Below are positions 29,859 to 38,707 of a stretch of DNA of 64,000 nucleotides, in pieces (the first letter of the stretch is position 1; each line of letters starts with the position of its first letter). Source of the DNA: Candidatus Saccharimonadia bacterium (lineage in GTDB: Bacteria; Patescibacteriota; Saccharimonadia; UBA4664); NCBI GenBank assembly GCA_038245115.1, contig JBBRSS010000005.1:3141-67140 (forward strand). The letters are read 5' to 3'. A program made the translations under genes and the position numbers. Under the pieces are notes generated by a model. That model had not been told where the DNA came from and searched no databases. It saw only the letters and a program-made list of their open reading frames with translations.

Positions 29859-31277
29859 ATGCAGGATGTGAAGGGGCTTTGGCAATCTGTGCTTGGTGAG
29901 TTGGAAATGAGCGTTTCCGAAGCTCATTTTAAGACTTGGCTGAAACCAACCTTTATTTTGTCGAGTGAAGACGGCCACATAGTGGTAGGGGTGCCCAACA
30001 TCTTCAATAAGAAGCGGCTCGAGACTAATTATCACGCTGATATTAAGGGGCTGCTGACACGTCTGGATAGCGGCATTCAGACAGTAGAGTACAAGATTGT
30101 GGGCAAAGGACCGGCGGGAGCGGCGGCGGAGAGTTCGTCGGCCCCGGCACGGGCAACCAATCGAGCAGAACCAGTTGCTCGCCGTGAAGCACCCGCCAGA
30201 CGAGGCGAGCAAACGGCGATTCCGACCTCGGCCCCGGCGGCGCATTCGAACCTGAACCCACGCTATACCTTCGAGAGTTTTGTGGTGGGTTCGAGTAATG
30301 ATTTTGCCCACGCGGCCTGCCAGGCGGTGGCCAAGAGCCCCGGCACTAAGTACAATCCCCTGTTTATCTACGGCGGTGTTGGGTTGGGCAAGACACACCT
30401 AATGCAGGCCGTGGGTAATGAGATTATCCGACGCGACGCTTCGAAGCGGGTGGAATACGTGACCATCGAAGGTTTCACGAATGAGTTTATTAATTCGATT
30501 TCCAAAAAGAAAAACGAGAGCTTCGTTGAGAAGTATCGCAACGTAGACGTACTAATAATTGACGATATGCAATTCTTGGCCGGCAAGGAAAAAACCCAGG
30601 ATGAATTCTTCCACACATTTAATGCGCTACACCAGACCAACAAACAGATCATTATCTCGAGCGATAAGCCACCTAAACAGTTAGTGATGCTCGAAGACCG
30701 TCTGATATCGCGGTTTGAGATGGGGATCACCGTTGATATTCAGTCGCCGGACCTGGAGACCCGCTCGGCGATTATTCAGAGTAAGGCAACCAGCAAGGGC
30801 ATAGTGCTGCCGCTCGAGGTAGTGGACTACATTGCCCGACACGCGCAGAGCAACATTCGTGAGCTCGAGGGGACGCTAACTAAGGTGTTGGCCGATCTGG
30901 ACTACAATGGCGGTGAACCAAACTTGGCGAGACTCAAGCATTTGCTGGCGGCGGATGTGGCATCGCGCCCCAAGCTTCGGCCAATATCACCCAAGACCAT
31001 TATTGAGCGGGTGGCGGCTTATTTTGATCTGTCGGCGGCAGATATTTGTGGTACTAAGCGTGACAAAGAAATAGTGGTTCCACGGCAAGTCACGATGTAT
31101 TTGATGCGCGAGGAGTTGGCTCTGAGTTTTCCAAAGATCGCGGCGGCCGTGGGCGGACGGGACCACACGACCGCTATGCACTCGGTATCGAAGATTGAGA
31201 AGTTGGTAGAGACCGATGATAACCTGCGAGGCGACATTGGCGCTATTCGTGAGCGCTTGAACGCCGCTATTGTTTAG
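29859..31277 (+). CDS. dnaA: chromosomal replication initiator
   Basis: YNPLFIYGGVGLGKTHL, IDDMQF, NIRELEG, GGRDHTT; GGAG RBS before ATG 29859. Confidence 0.98.
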   Translation: MQDVKGLWQSVLGELEMSVSEAHFKTWLKPTFILSSEDGHIVVGVPNIFNKKRLETNYHADIKGLLTRLDSGIQTVEYKIVGKGPAGAAAESSSAPARATNRAEPVARREAPARRGEQTAIPTSAPAAHSNLNPRYTFESFVVGSSNDFAHAACQAVAKSPGTKYNPLFIYGGVGLGKTHLMQAVGNEIIRRDASKRVEYVTIEGFTNEFINSISKKKNESFVEKYRNVDVLIIDDMQFLAGKEKTQDEFFHTFNALHQTNKQIIISSDKPPKQLVMLEDRLISRFEMGITVDIQSPDLETRSAIIQSKATSKGIVLPLEVVDYIARHAQSNIRELEGTLTKVLADLDYNGGEPNLARLKHLLAADVASRPKLRPISPKTIIERVAAYFDLSAADICGTKRDKEIVVPRQVTMYLMREELALSFPKIAAAVGGRDHTTAMHSVSKIEKLVETDDNLRGDIGAIRERLNAAIV

Positions 31278-31279
31278 GT

Positions 31280-31545
31280 TAAGATTTGTCCCCACCCGTG
31301 CATAACCTATGGGGATAACCGGGCTGAAGATTGTTGAAAACGTAAGCATTATGGGCAGTTTTACCCAGCGAGTCTAAGGGCGTCCACAGGCCCGTCCCAA
31401 ACTCATCCCCAGGAATTGGAGCTAGTTATCCCCTCGAGGTGGATGAGTTTTGGAGCGCAAGTAAGCCACAAACTGACTTATACCCACTTTCCACAGCCCT
31501 TATGATTACTACGATTACTTTTAATTAATATCTGTATAATGAAGA
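31280..31545. promoter_or_regulatory. oriC part 2: DnaA boxes, DnaA-trio-like run and AT-rich unwinding element
   Basis: TGGGGATAA, TTATCCCCT, TTATACCCA, TTTCCACA-GCCC then TATGATTACTACGATTAC and TTTTAATTAATAT. Confidence 0.85.
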
Positions 31546-31571
31546 AAAGCTGGATAAGGGGAGGATAAGTT

Positions 31572-32681
31572 TTGCGACTCAGTTTAACTCAGGAAAATTT
31601 ATCTAGGGCACTGGCAAGTGTAGGACGAGTAGTATCTACCAGAGCTAGTCTACCGGTGCTTGCTAATGTGTTATTGGCGACCGACGGTAATCGCTTAAGG
31701 TTATCGGCAACGAATCTAGAGATAGGGATTAATTATTGGATTGGTTCGAAGGTGGAGGAGCAGGGATCACTGACGGTACCGGCCAGGTTGTTTGCGGAGT
31801 TTGTATCGAGTCTCCCCCACGGTAATATTGAGTTGCACGGGCTAGATAGCATATTGACGGTGAAGAGCCCGCATTATGAGTCGAAGATTAATGGTATTTC
31901 GGCAGAAGAGTTTCCATTGATCCCGACGCTTACGAGTGACCCGGCGCTAACCTTGGATGCGGCGATATTTCGAGATGCATTGGCCCAGGTAGTCGTGGCG
32001 GCGTCGGCGGATGAGGCCAGGCCGGTGTTGGCTGGGGTTTATATGTATATTGAAGACGAATCGTTATTTATTGTGGCGACCGACTCATACCGGTTGGCTG
32101 AGAAGCGCGTAGAGCTGCCTCAGGGTGCTCCCAAGGAATTTTCAGTACTGGTGCCGGCTCGGACAATGCAGGAGCTGGTAAAGCTTCTGGGTGACGCAGA
32201 GGGTGACGTGGAAGTGTATGTGGATGAGAATCAAGTGATGTTTAGAATTGCAGACGTGGAGGTGGTGTCGCGGTTGATTGAGGGGCAGTTCCCCCCTTAT
32301 CGACGGATTATTCCGGAGAGCGCCGAGACCTCGTTTGATATTGCTACGGCGGAGCTGGCGAGAATTACCAAGGTGGCAAGTTTGTTTGCTCGGGAGAGTG
32401 CCGGTAGTATTCGGTTGGAAATTAAGGCTGAGGGCGAAGTGAGTGTGGTGTCGAACGATTCCGAGGTGGGCGGCAATAAATCGTCGGCGGAATGCGACGT
32501 GAACGGTGAGGATGGTGAGATTTCGTTGAATGCTCGGTATCTGACCGATGCACTGGCAGTAGTGAAGAGCCCGATGGTGACGGTGGCAATTAGCGGTAAG
32601 TTGAGCCCGTGTGTAATATCGCCGGCCGGTGAAAACGCGGCGGATGATTATTTGCACATCGTGATGCCGCTGCGAACTTAG
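31572..32681 (+). CDS. dnaN: DNA polymerase III beta clamp
   Basis: LSATNLEIGI, RPVLAGV, VATDSYRLA, SRLIEGQFPPY, VMPLR. Confidence 0.97.
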   Translation: MRLSLTQENLSRALASVGRVVSTRASLPVLANVLLATDGNRLRLSATNLEIGINYWIGSKVEEQGSLTVPARLFAEFVSSLPHGNIELHGLDSILTVKSPHYESKINGISAEEFPLIPTLTSDPALTLDAAIFRDALAQVVVAASADEARPVLAGVYMYIEDESLFIVATDSYRLAEKRVELPQGAPKEFSVLVPARTMQELVKLLGDAEGDVEVYVDENQVMFRIADVEVVSRLIEGQFPPYRRIIPESAETSFDIATAELARITKVASLFARESAGSIRLEIKAEGEVSVVSNDSEVGGNKSSAECDVNGEDGEISLNARYLTDALAVVKSPMVTVAISGKLSPCVISPAGENAADDYLHIVMPLRT

Positions 32682-32783
32682 TTTGTATTATCGGCTCGAA
32701 ATAATTGCGTAGACATAGTGAGGCCCCCGACGTGACCTTACTTTCATCTGATGAATGGGGCCCCGTCGGGGGCGTTGTTGAGC

Positions 32784-33443
32784 TCAGGGGCGATGGTTGA
32801 CCACCGCTTGAGCGAGCTTGATCGCGATTTTCGTATTGCGATCTGTGTCGTCCGGTGCGTGGTAGTAGACGATAGTGACGATCCACTTACCGGTGCCAAC
32901 CTGGGCAGAGCTCTCTCCTTTGTCTGTGCCAGTTCCTGGGGAGGCTTTGATGAGTGCACCGTACCCGGCCGGGTAGTCTCTGACCCAATTGAGAGCGGTG
33001 GCTGCGGCGTGCTCATTTTGCTTCAGCATTTCGAATGCGACCCGGGCTACCTTTGCAGTTGGGTACATTTGTGCGTACATGTCGATCACCGGGATGTCGA
33101 AATGCATGGGGTCACCCCAGGCGCAGATAGTCAGGTTGTTTGGAGCGACGATTGCCCCTGACCGATCGATGTGGCCCGGGCCGGGGTCAAACCCAAGGGC
33201 GGCCGTGGCGTCGGCCTTGGTGATGAAGTCGCACGCAAACTCAGTGGACGCCCGAGTAATCGGCGCCGCAGGTGCGGCAACCGCTGAACGCGTTGTCATA
33301 ACAGAGGGCTTTGGGGTGGCGGGGTTTGCGACGGCCGTATTTCCGTGCGATGAACCGCACGCCGTAAGGCTTATCGCTAGGAGGAAGGCGGATATGACCA
33401 CCAGCCCCCTAATCGTGGTGCGAGAAAGCGACCAGTACGTCAT
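32784..33443 (-). CDS. putative lipoprotein (DUF3558-like)
   Basis: Lipobox-like ISLTAC, Ala/Pro linker, ACDFITKADATAALG...CAW. Confidence 0.6.
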   Translation of the reverse strand: MTYWSLSRTTIRGLVVISAFLLAISLTACGSSHGNTAVANPATPKPSVMTTRSAVAAPAAPITRASTEFACDFITKADATAALGFDPGPGHIDRSGAIVAPNNLTICAWGDPMHFDIPVIDMYAQMYPTAKVARVAFEMLKQNEHAAATALNWVRDYPAGYGALIKASPGTGTDKGESSAQVGTGKWIVTIVYYHAPDDTDRNTKIAIKLAQAVVNHRP

Positions 33444-33612
33444 GATTTTTCCCTCCTATAGGGACCTTGACTAGGGTTGTCAACCTCGGGTGAGGTCAAA
33501 CAGGTGGCATGCAGTCACACGCCCGTTCAAGCTATATAATAATCTAAAAATGCAAATCTGTCAAGCTTATGCTTACTAAGATAAACAAATTTTAATCAGA
33601 TACAATAGAGAT

Positions 33613-34680
33613 ATGAGAGTAGAAAGCTTGGAGTTAACTAATTTTCGGTCGTATGAAACGGCGCGGTTTGAGCTGCACCCCGATGTGACGTTGGTGGTGG
33701 GGCCAAATGCCAGCGGTAAAACTAACCTGCTGGAGAGTTTGTACGTGTTGGCGTCGACAAAGAGTTTTCGGGCTAAGGATCGGGATTTGGTAAGGCACGG
33801 GCAGGATCATTTTCGGTTGGTGGCTCAGACTGACGGGACTGAGTACGCTTTAGGTTACGCGGCAGGGGCAACGACTGAGAAGAAAATTACTCATGACGGC
33901 GTTAAGCGTACGTTAGTGGGACACGTGGGGCAGATTCAGGTGACATTATTTGAGCCGACCGATCTGGAATTGGTAGCGGGAGCACCGGAGGCTCGGAGGC
34001 GGTACTTGGATTTTTTGTTATGCCAAACCGACCGGACTTATTTGAAAACCTTGCAGCAGTACCGCCGGGTTCTGAAGCAGCGCAATGCCCTGCTGGATGG
34101 GTTTGATATGGAGCGGATCCGGCAGCAAATATTTACCTGGGATATTAAACTGGCCGAGTTGGCCGTGGAAATTTACCGCCAACGACAGAAATTGCTGGCG
34201 GTTCTATCGGAGGCGACTCCCCTGCTGTACCGCGATATAGCTAATGAAACGGTGGAGGTGGGGTTTGAGTATCTTCCGAGCGTAGCGGGAGTATATGAGG
34301 ATGAATTTTTGGAGGCGTTGGCGCGCAATTTGACACGAGATTTGGGGGCCGGGTTTACGACGATTGGACCGCACCGGGAAGATTTTAAAATTCATTTTAA
34401 GAATAATGATATAACCAAGGTGGCCTCACGGGGCGAGACGCGCACGTTGGTATTGGCGATGAAGCTGGCGGAGCTGGGATATGCGGAGCAGCACACGGGC
34501 GTGCGTCCCCTATTATTGCTGGATGATGTGTTTAGTGAGCTCGATAAGTACCGGCGTGGGTATCTGCTGAACCGGCTGGAGGGCTATCAGACGATGGTAA
34601 CTACGACTGATGCTGACGCAATTGCGCGGGAATTCAAAACCGCCCACAAAATTATCTCTACGGAGACAGCCAATGCTTGA
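33613..34680 (+). CDS. recF: DNA replication/repair protein RecF
   Basis: NFRSY, GPNASGKTNLLES, QRNALL, GPHRED, ASRGE, LLLDDVFSELD. Confidence 0.96.
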   Translation: MRVESLELTNFRSYETARFELHPDVTLVVGPNASGKTNLLESLYVLASTKSFRAKDRDLVRHGQDHFRLVAQTDGTEYALGYAAGATTEKKITHDGVKRTLVGHVGQIQVTLFEPTDLELVAGAPEARRRYLDFLLCQTDRTYLKTLQQYRRVLKQRNALLDGFDMERIRQQIFTWDIKLAELAVEIYRQRQKLLAVLSEATPLLYRDIANETVEVGFEYLPSVAGVYEDEFLEALARNLTRDLGAGFTTIGPHREDFKIHFKNNDITKVASRGETRTLVLAMKLAELGYAEQHTGVRPLLLLDDVFSELDKYRRGYLLNRLEGYQTMVTTTDADAIAREFKTAHKIISTETANA

Positions 34681-34948
34681 GCCGGATTATTTTAGTAAGC
34701 TGCGGGCGAAGCTGGGGATGGAGCGCGAGGATATTCTCGTAGGGGTGCAGAGGGTGCTGGACGGCTGGTATCCGGGGCAAGTGAGGGCGAGGCAGTTGCA
34801 TCAAGGGATATTGCGCTTGGATACACAGAGCGCGGGGGTGGCGGGAGAGCTGCGGATGCGGCAGGTGGAGCTGCTCAACGTGGTAGAGGCACTGGCCGGT
34901 GAGCGGCCGAAGCGGCTGGCGATAAATATTGGGCAGCTGCGGGACTGA
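34673..34948 (+). CDS. DciA/DUF721-like small protein
   Basis: Overlaps recF stop; GILRLDTQSAGVAGELRMRQVELL pattern and position. Confidence 0.55.
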   Translation: MLEPDYFSKLRAKLGMEREDILVGVQRVLDGWYPGQVRARQLHQGILRLDTQSAGVAGELRMRQVELLNVVEALAGERPKRLAINIGQLRD

Positions 34949-34951
34949 AGG

Positions 34952-36493
34952 CTATAGAGGTTGGGTGATGTTGATGACGTAGGTGTTGCGATCAATTCCG
35001 GCTTTATCGGCGGCATTCATGATGCCCGCGTTGATCTTGCCCTGAACTGTTGGATCGGGGGCATTAGTTTTATTGACGTAATCCATGATATTTACGCCTT
35101 TCGGCACGATGTAGATAACGTTACCTACGATGGAAAGCGTATTGACGTCGCCATAGGATTCGAGAACCAGGACTTTTTTGTCGATACTGTCGGTATTGTT
35201 GGCCTGTTGGCTGATATGAAGGACTACATTGTTGCCCTCCGGATTTATCAGGCACAACAAAGGTCCGTTGACGCTAGCTTGGAGGCCGCATGATTGGTAT
35301 CGACCCAGGCTGTATTCGATGTAGCCGACTTTGGATTCGGGGTCTATGCGCAGAAGTCCGTCTTGCCGTAATGCGAGGATGCCATGATCGTCTGTAGCGG
35401 CCTTAGAGACGTTATGTATGGCAAATATTTGATTGGTACTGGTTCCGGAAATGGTATTAATTTCGAGGATGTGTTTGTCCGAGTTAAGCATGCAGAGGTT
35501 GGCGCCACAGTAGCTAATGGTCGAGTAGCGAGCATTAAATGTTAAGTGGGTGGATTTGTCGTTTTCGGAAACTATGATTTCTGTGTTCGTGGATTTGTTT
35601 CTATTTTTTGAGGCCTCTTCGTCTTCGATTGCTGAGGCATAGGCAACTGCTAGCTCGCCCTTTTCATTTGAGCTTAGGGAGAGAGCGTTAAGTCCGGAGG
35701 TTTTGGGTTGTTCGAGGGTAATATTGACGGGTTTAGCGTGGATAGAGGCGTAATAAAATACTTGTGTAAATTGTTTGTCGTAGGCTATGAAGCCGTCACG
35801 GTAGGCTTGGAGTGAGTAGGATTCGCCACTGGACAATCCGTCGAGCACTGCCTTTTCCTTCGGTTGGAACGTGGCGCCAGTTGGGTCGTAGGTATAGACG
35901 GTGTGCAGGATAGGCGGTGCTGCATCGACATTGTCTGGCACCGGAGGCTGGCTGGCAAATAGTGCCAGGGTGCCTGCCTTGGTTCTGGCATTGCCTTCAA
36001 AGTGACCATAGGGAGAGAGGGCTGTGTCGACATATGTAGGCTGGGTTGGGGTTGATGGAATGTGGGTGTAAATGTCACTCGAAAGACCGCCACAGTCATT
36101 TGATAGCAGTGTTGTGCCCAATAGGCTCATGCAGACGGCTGGATTATCGCCGACGAAGGATCGGGCGAGCTCGGGCTTCAAGTCGGCGGTTATCTTTGTA
36201 GTACGAAAGAAGCCGGCAGTTTTGACGACGGCGTAAGAGCTAAGACTGCCTTGTGTGACCTTTACTTCATATGATCCGGTCGCAAGCGTCTTGCTAAATA
36301 CATTGGAGTCGCTCTTGGTGCTTGATGACTTATCGTTGGATTGTTTCATGACGGCATAAGAATAGTTAGTCTGACTGCCGCCGGTGGTGGTGATCTCTAG
36401 GCGCGAGGTTTGCGAGAGGCCGTAGACTATGAACACTGAAGCCAGAGCGATAGCGATGAGTATGAGTCGATTTTTCATAGGTATGCTTTCCAT
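34952..36493 (-). CDS. single-TM exported beta-rich protein, last gene of the T4SS-like operon
   Basis: N-terminal hydrophobic helix after MKNR; abuts upstream stop. Confidence 0.6.
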   Translation of the reverse strand: MESIPMKNRLILIAIALASVFIVYGLSQTSRLEITTTGGSQTNYSYAVMKQSNDKSSSTKSDSNVFSKTLATGSYEVKVTQGSLSSYAVVKTAGFFRTTKITADLKPELARSFVGDNPAVCMSLLGTTLLSNDCGGLSSDIYTHIPSTPTQPTYVDTALSPYGHFEGNARTKAGTLALFASQPPVPDNVDAAPPILHTVYTYDPTGATFQPKEKAVLDGLSSGESYSLQAYRDGFIAYDKQFTQVFYYASIHAKPVNITLEQPKTSGLNALSLSSNEKGELAVAYASAIEDEEASKNRNKSTNTEIIVSENDKSTHLTFNARYSTISYCGANLCMLNSDKHILEINTISGTSTNQIFAIHNVSKAATDDHGILALRQDGLLRIDPESKVGYIEYSLGRYQSCGLQASVNGPLLCLINPEGNNVVLHISQQANNTDSIDKKVLVLESYGDVNTLSIVGNVIYIVPKGVNIMDYVNKTNAPDPTVQGKINAGIMNAADKAGIDRNTYVINITQPL

Positions 36494-36494
36494 A

Positions 36495-38705
36495 TTAATT
36501 CCCCGTGGCTGACCAGTGCCAGGCCTCTCGCGGGTAGTTGCTATATCCGTATGTGGCGGCATTTTTGGTAAGCCAAGCCCATAATGGATTGCCCGGAATC
36601 GGACCTGGACTACTAGGGAGATTACCACCAAAGTCGATGGCTAGGCCCATCTGGTGGTTGGAGGTGCCTGGAAGGGCAACCGTAACGGCATCGCAGGGGC
36701 AAAGGGATTGCTGGTGGGCCATGGTGCGGAAGGCACTGGAGGCGATAATATTGAGGCCAGATTTCTTCATGGCAGTCGCCATAGCAGATACTTGCCCAGA
36801 TACACGGGAATTTACTACCGAACCCCCGTTGGCACCATTTACGCCGAAGCCGTTATGGCTTTCCTGGCCAGTGTTGGGGAGATTAGGAATGGCGCAGATG
36901 CGGATTTTTATGAGTATATTCTTGTGGTAACCATCGGCGATTCCGAGGTCTTTGGTGCCGGGGGCACATCGAATATTCGATGAATCTTGGAATATGGTCC
37001 TGGGGTCTGCGGTTGCGGAAAGAGTGTTGTCGCAGGTAAGTATACTGGATATGTTGTTGGCGGAGTTGAGTATTGCAGTTGTGCTGGAGCCGTATTTCGT
37101 TAAAATGGCTTGGGCTTGGCTATATCGGGCAGGTTGGGGGCTTCCGGCGTGCCGTTCATATAGCAGTTCAAACGCATCGGAGGCTTTCCGGAGGTCGGTC
37201 CCAGCGGCGATAAGGGCAGCGCCGGCGGCTTTCTCGCCGGAAGCACCTTTTCCGTCCAGCTGCTCCTTGAGCGCCAGAATTTCGGTGGGGACGTTGGGCT
37301 TGCTGCCGTGCAGATAAGGTATAAGTTTTGAGCCTGGTGTCCATTGAACTAGTCCATAGCCTCCGCCGCCGGCGGCGGCGGGGTCGGAGGAATGTCCGCC
37401 GCCCTGGATGATTAACGGGTCGAAGCCAGATTCTGATTGCATATTGCCCATGATGCCGGCAGTCTGAGTGGGGTTGAATCCTTGAGCCCTTAGGTTATCC
37501 CAGACGTCTTTGGGGTTGTTGCCTGTGGGGGCTACGCTGTTGGCGTCGCTGCTGGGGCAACAGCCGCCACTACCGGCAGTGTTGGTAGTGACAGTCTTGC
37601 CGGTTTTGAAGCTCATCACCTTAGCATCGGCGGCGGCGATGGCCGCCGGTGTTACGCCGGCTTTGACCTTATTGATGATGGCTTGAATGCCCGCGTCGCC
37701 GGGATTGGCAAATAGCGGCATGCTGACGCCGGCTGCGAGCGACCTGGTAACAGAGTTGGCTAAAGAGCCGGTAGCGGCAGTGACAGATTTGACCGCTAAG
37801 TCGTCGGTGGTGACCATACCGGAAAAGCCGATAGTGCTACGTAGATAAGAAACGGATTTCGCGCTGAGGCTGGTGGGGTTGGCGCTATCGAGGGCGGTAA
37901 CGTACATATTGCCCATCATCACGCCAGCATTCGGGAACTTGGTTGCGAGGGCTTTGTAAGGTGCGGTGGTATTGGCGATTGAGCCGGACATAACCACTTT
38001 AACGTCGTCAGTAGAGCCTTTGGTAGTACTATCAAACCCCGGGAAGTGCTTGAATATAGGGGTGATTCCGCTTGTGTCTAGACCGGTCGCAAAGGCTTCG
38101 GCTTGAGTGGCTACGGTGGTGGGATTACTTGAGAAAGAGCGGCCCTTGAGTCCGGTGCCTACATCGCGGAGGTCGAGTACGGGGGCAAGATCGGTTGTCA
38201 GGCCGTTTTTCCTCATAACGATGCCGGCGGCAGTACCGATTTTTTCCGCGTTGGCACCCATACTGGCGGCTGGCGGGAAGGAGGCGGCTGGGTAGCTGTA
38301 GCGAGTAACTACGCCCTCTTCATCGCTGGAGGCGACTATGGGCACGCCTGCAGCGGCGTCGAGTTTGGCATATAGGGCGGCATCAAAGCCTGCGGCGGCG
38401 GCATTGTGAGTGCCGGTGATGTACATTCCGCCGATTCGGTATTTCTTGAAGAGAGCTTCAATTGTTGCCTTGGGCGTTCCGGCATCGAAGCCTAGGATGA
38501 AAGTTTGGGCGATTTTTTGATCGAGGGTGGCGTCTGCGGGAAGTGCTGCGCTTGGGCTTGGGCTAACGGTTTCGCATTTTGGGCCGGCGTCGCTAGGGTC
38601 GTACCAGCTAGTTTCGCGATTGAGGATATGGGTAGTGTCTGGGGTAACGGCGAGGGCCTGGAGCGGAATGAGCGATAGAGAAAATATTACTAGTAGGCGT
38701 TTCAT
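36495..38705 (-). CDS. secreted multi-domain cell-wall hydrolase: GH3-N, phage tail lysozyme, M15 (VanY-like) peptidase
   Basis: SDEEG/LAPVLD/KHFPG/TDDL; AGIMGNMQSES...GYGLVQWT; FRT..HQ, PGTSNHQMGLAIDF, REAWHW. Confidence 0.85.
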   Translation of the reverse strand: MKRLLVIFSLSLIPLQALAVTPDTTHILNRETSWYDPSDAGPKCETVSPSPSAALPADATLDQKIAQTFILGFDAGTPKATIEALFKKYRIGGMYITGTHNAAAAGFDAALYAKLDAAAGVPIVASSDEEGVVTRYSYPAASFPPAASMGANAEKIGTAAGIVMRKNGLTTDLAPVLDLRDVGTGLKGRSFSSNPTTVATQAEAFATGLDTSGITPIFKHFPGFDSTTKGSTDDVKVVMSGSIANTTAPYKALATKFPNAGVMMGNMYVTALDSANPTSLSAKSVSYLRSTIGFSGMVTTDDLAVKSVTAATGSLANSVTRSLAAGVSMPLFANPGDAGIQAIINKVKAGVTPAAIAAADAKVMSFKTGKTVTTNTAGSGGCCPSSDANSVAPTGNNPKDVWDNLRAQGFNPTQTAGIMGNMQSESGFDPLIIQGGGHSSDPAAAGGGGYGLVQWTPGSKLIPYLHGSKPNVPTEILALKEQLDGKGASGEKAAGAALIAAGTDLRKASDAFELLYERHAGSPQPARYSQAQAILTKYGSSTTAILNSANNISSILTCDNTLSATADPRTIFQDSSNIRCAPGTKDLGIADGYHKNILIKIRICAIPNLPNTGQESHNGFGVNGANGGSVVNSRVSGQVSAMATAMKKSGLNIIASSAFRTMAHQQSLCPCDAVTVALPGTSNHQMGLAIDFGGNLPSSPGPIPGNPLWAWLTKNAATYGYSNYPREAWHWSATGN

Positions 38706-38707
38706 GA

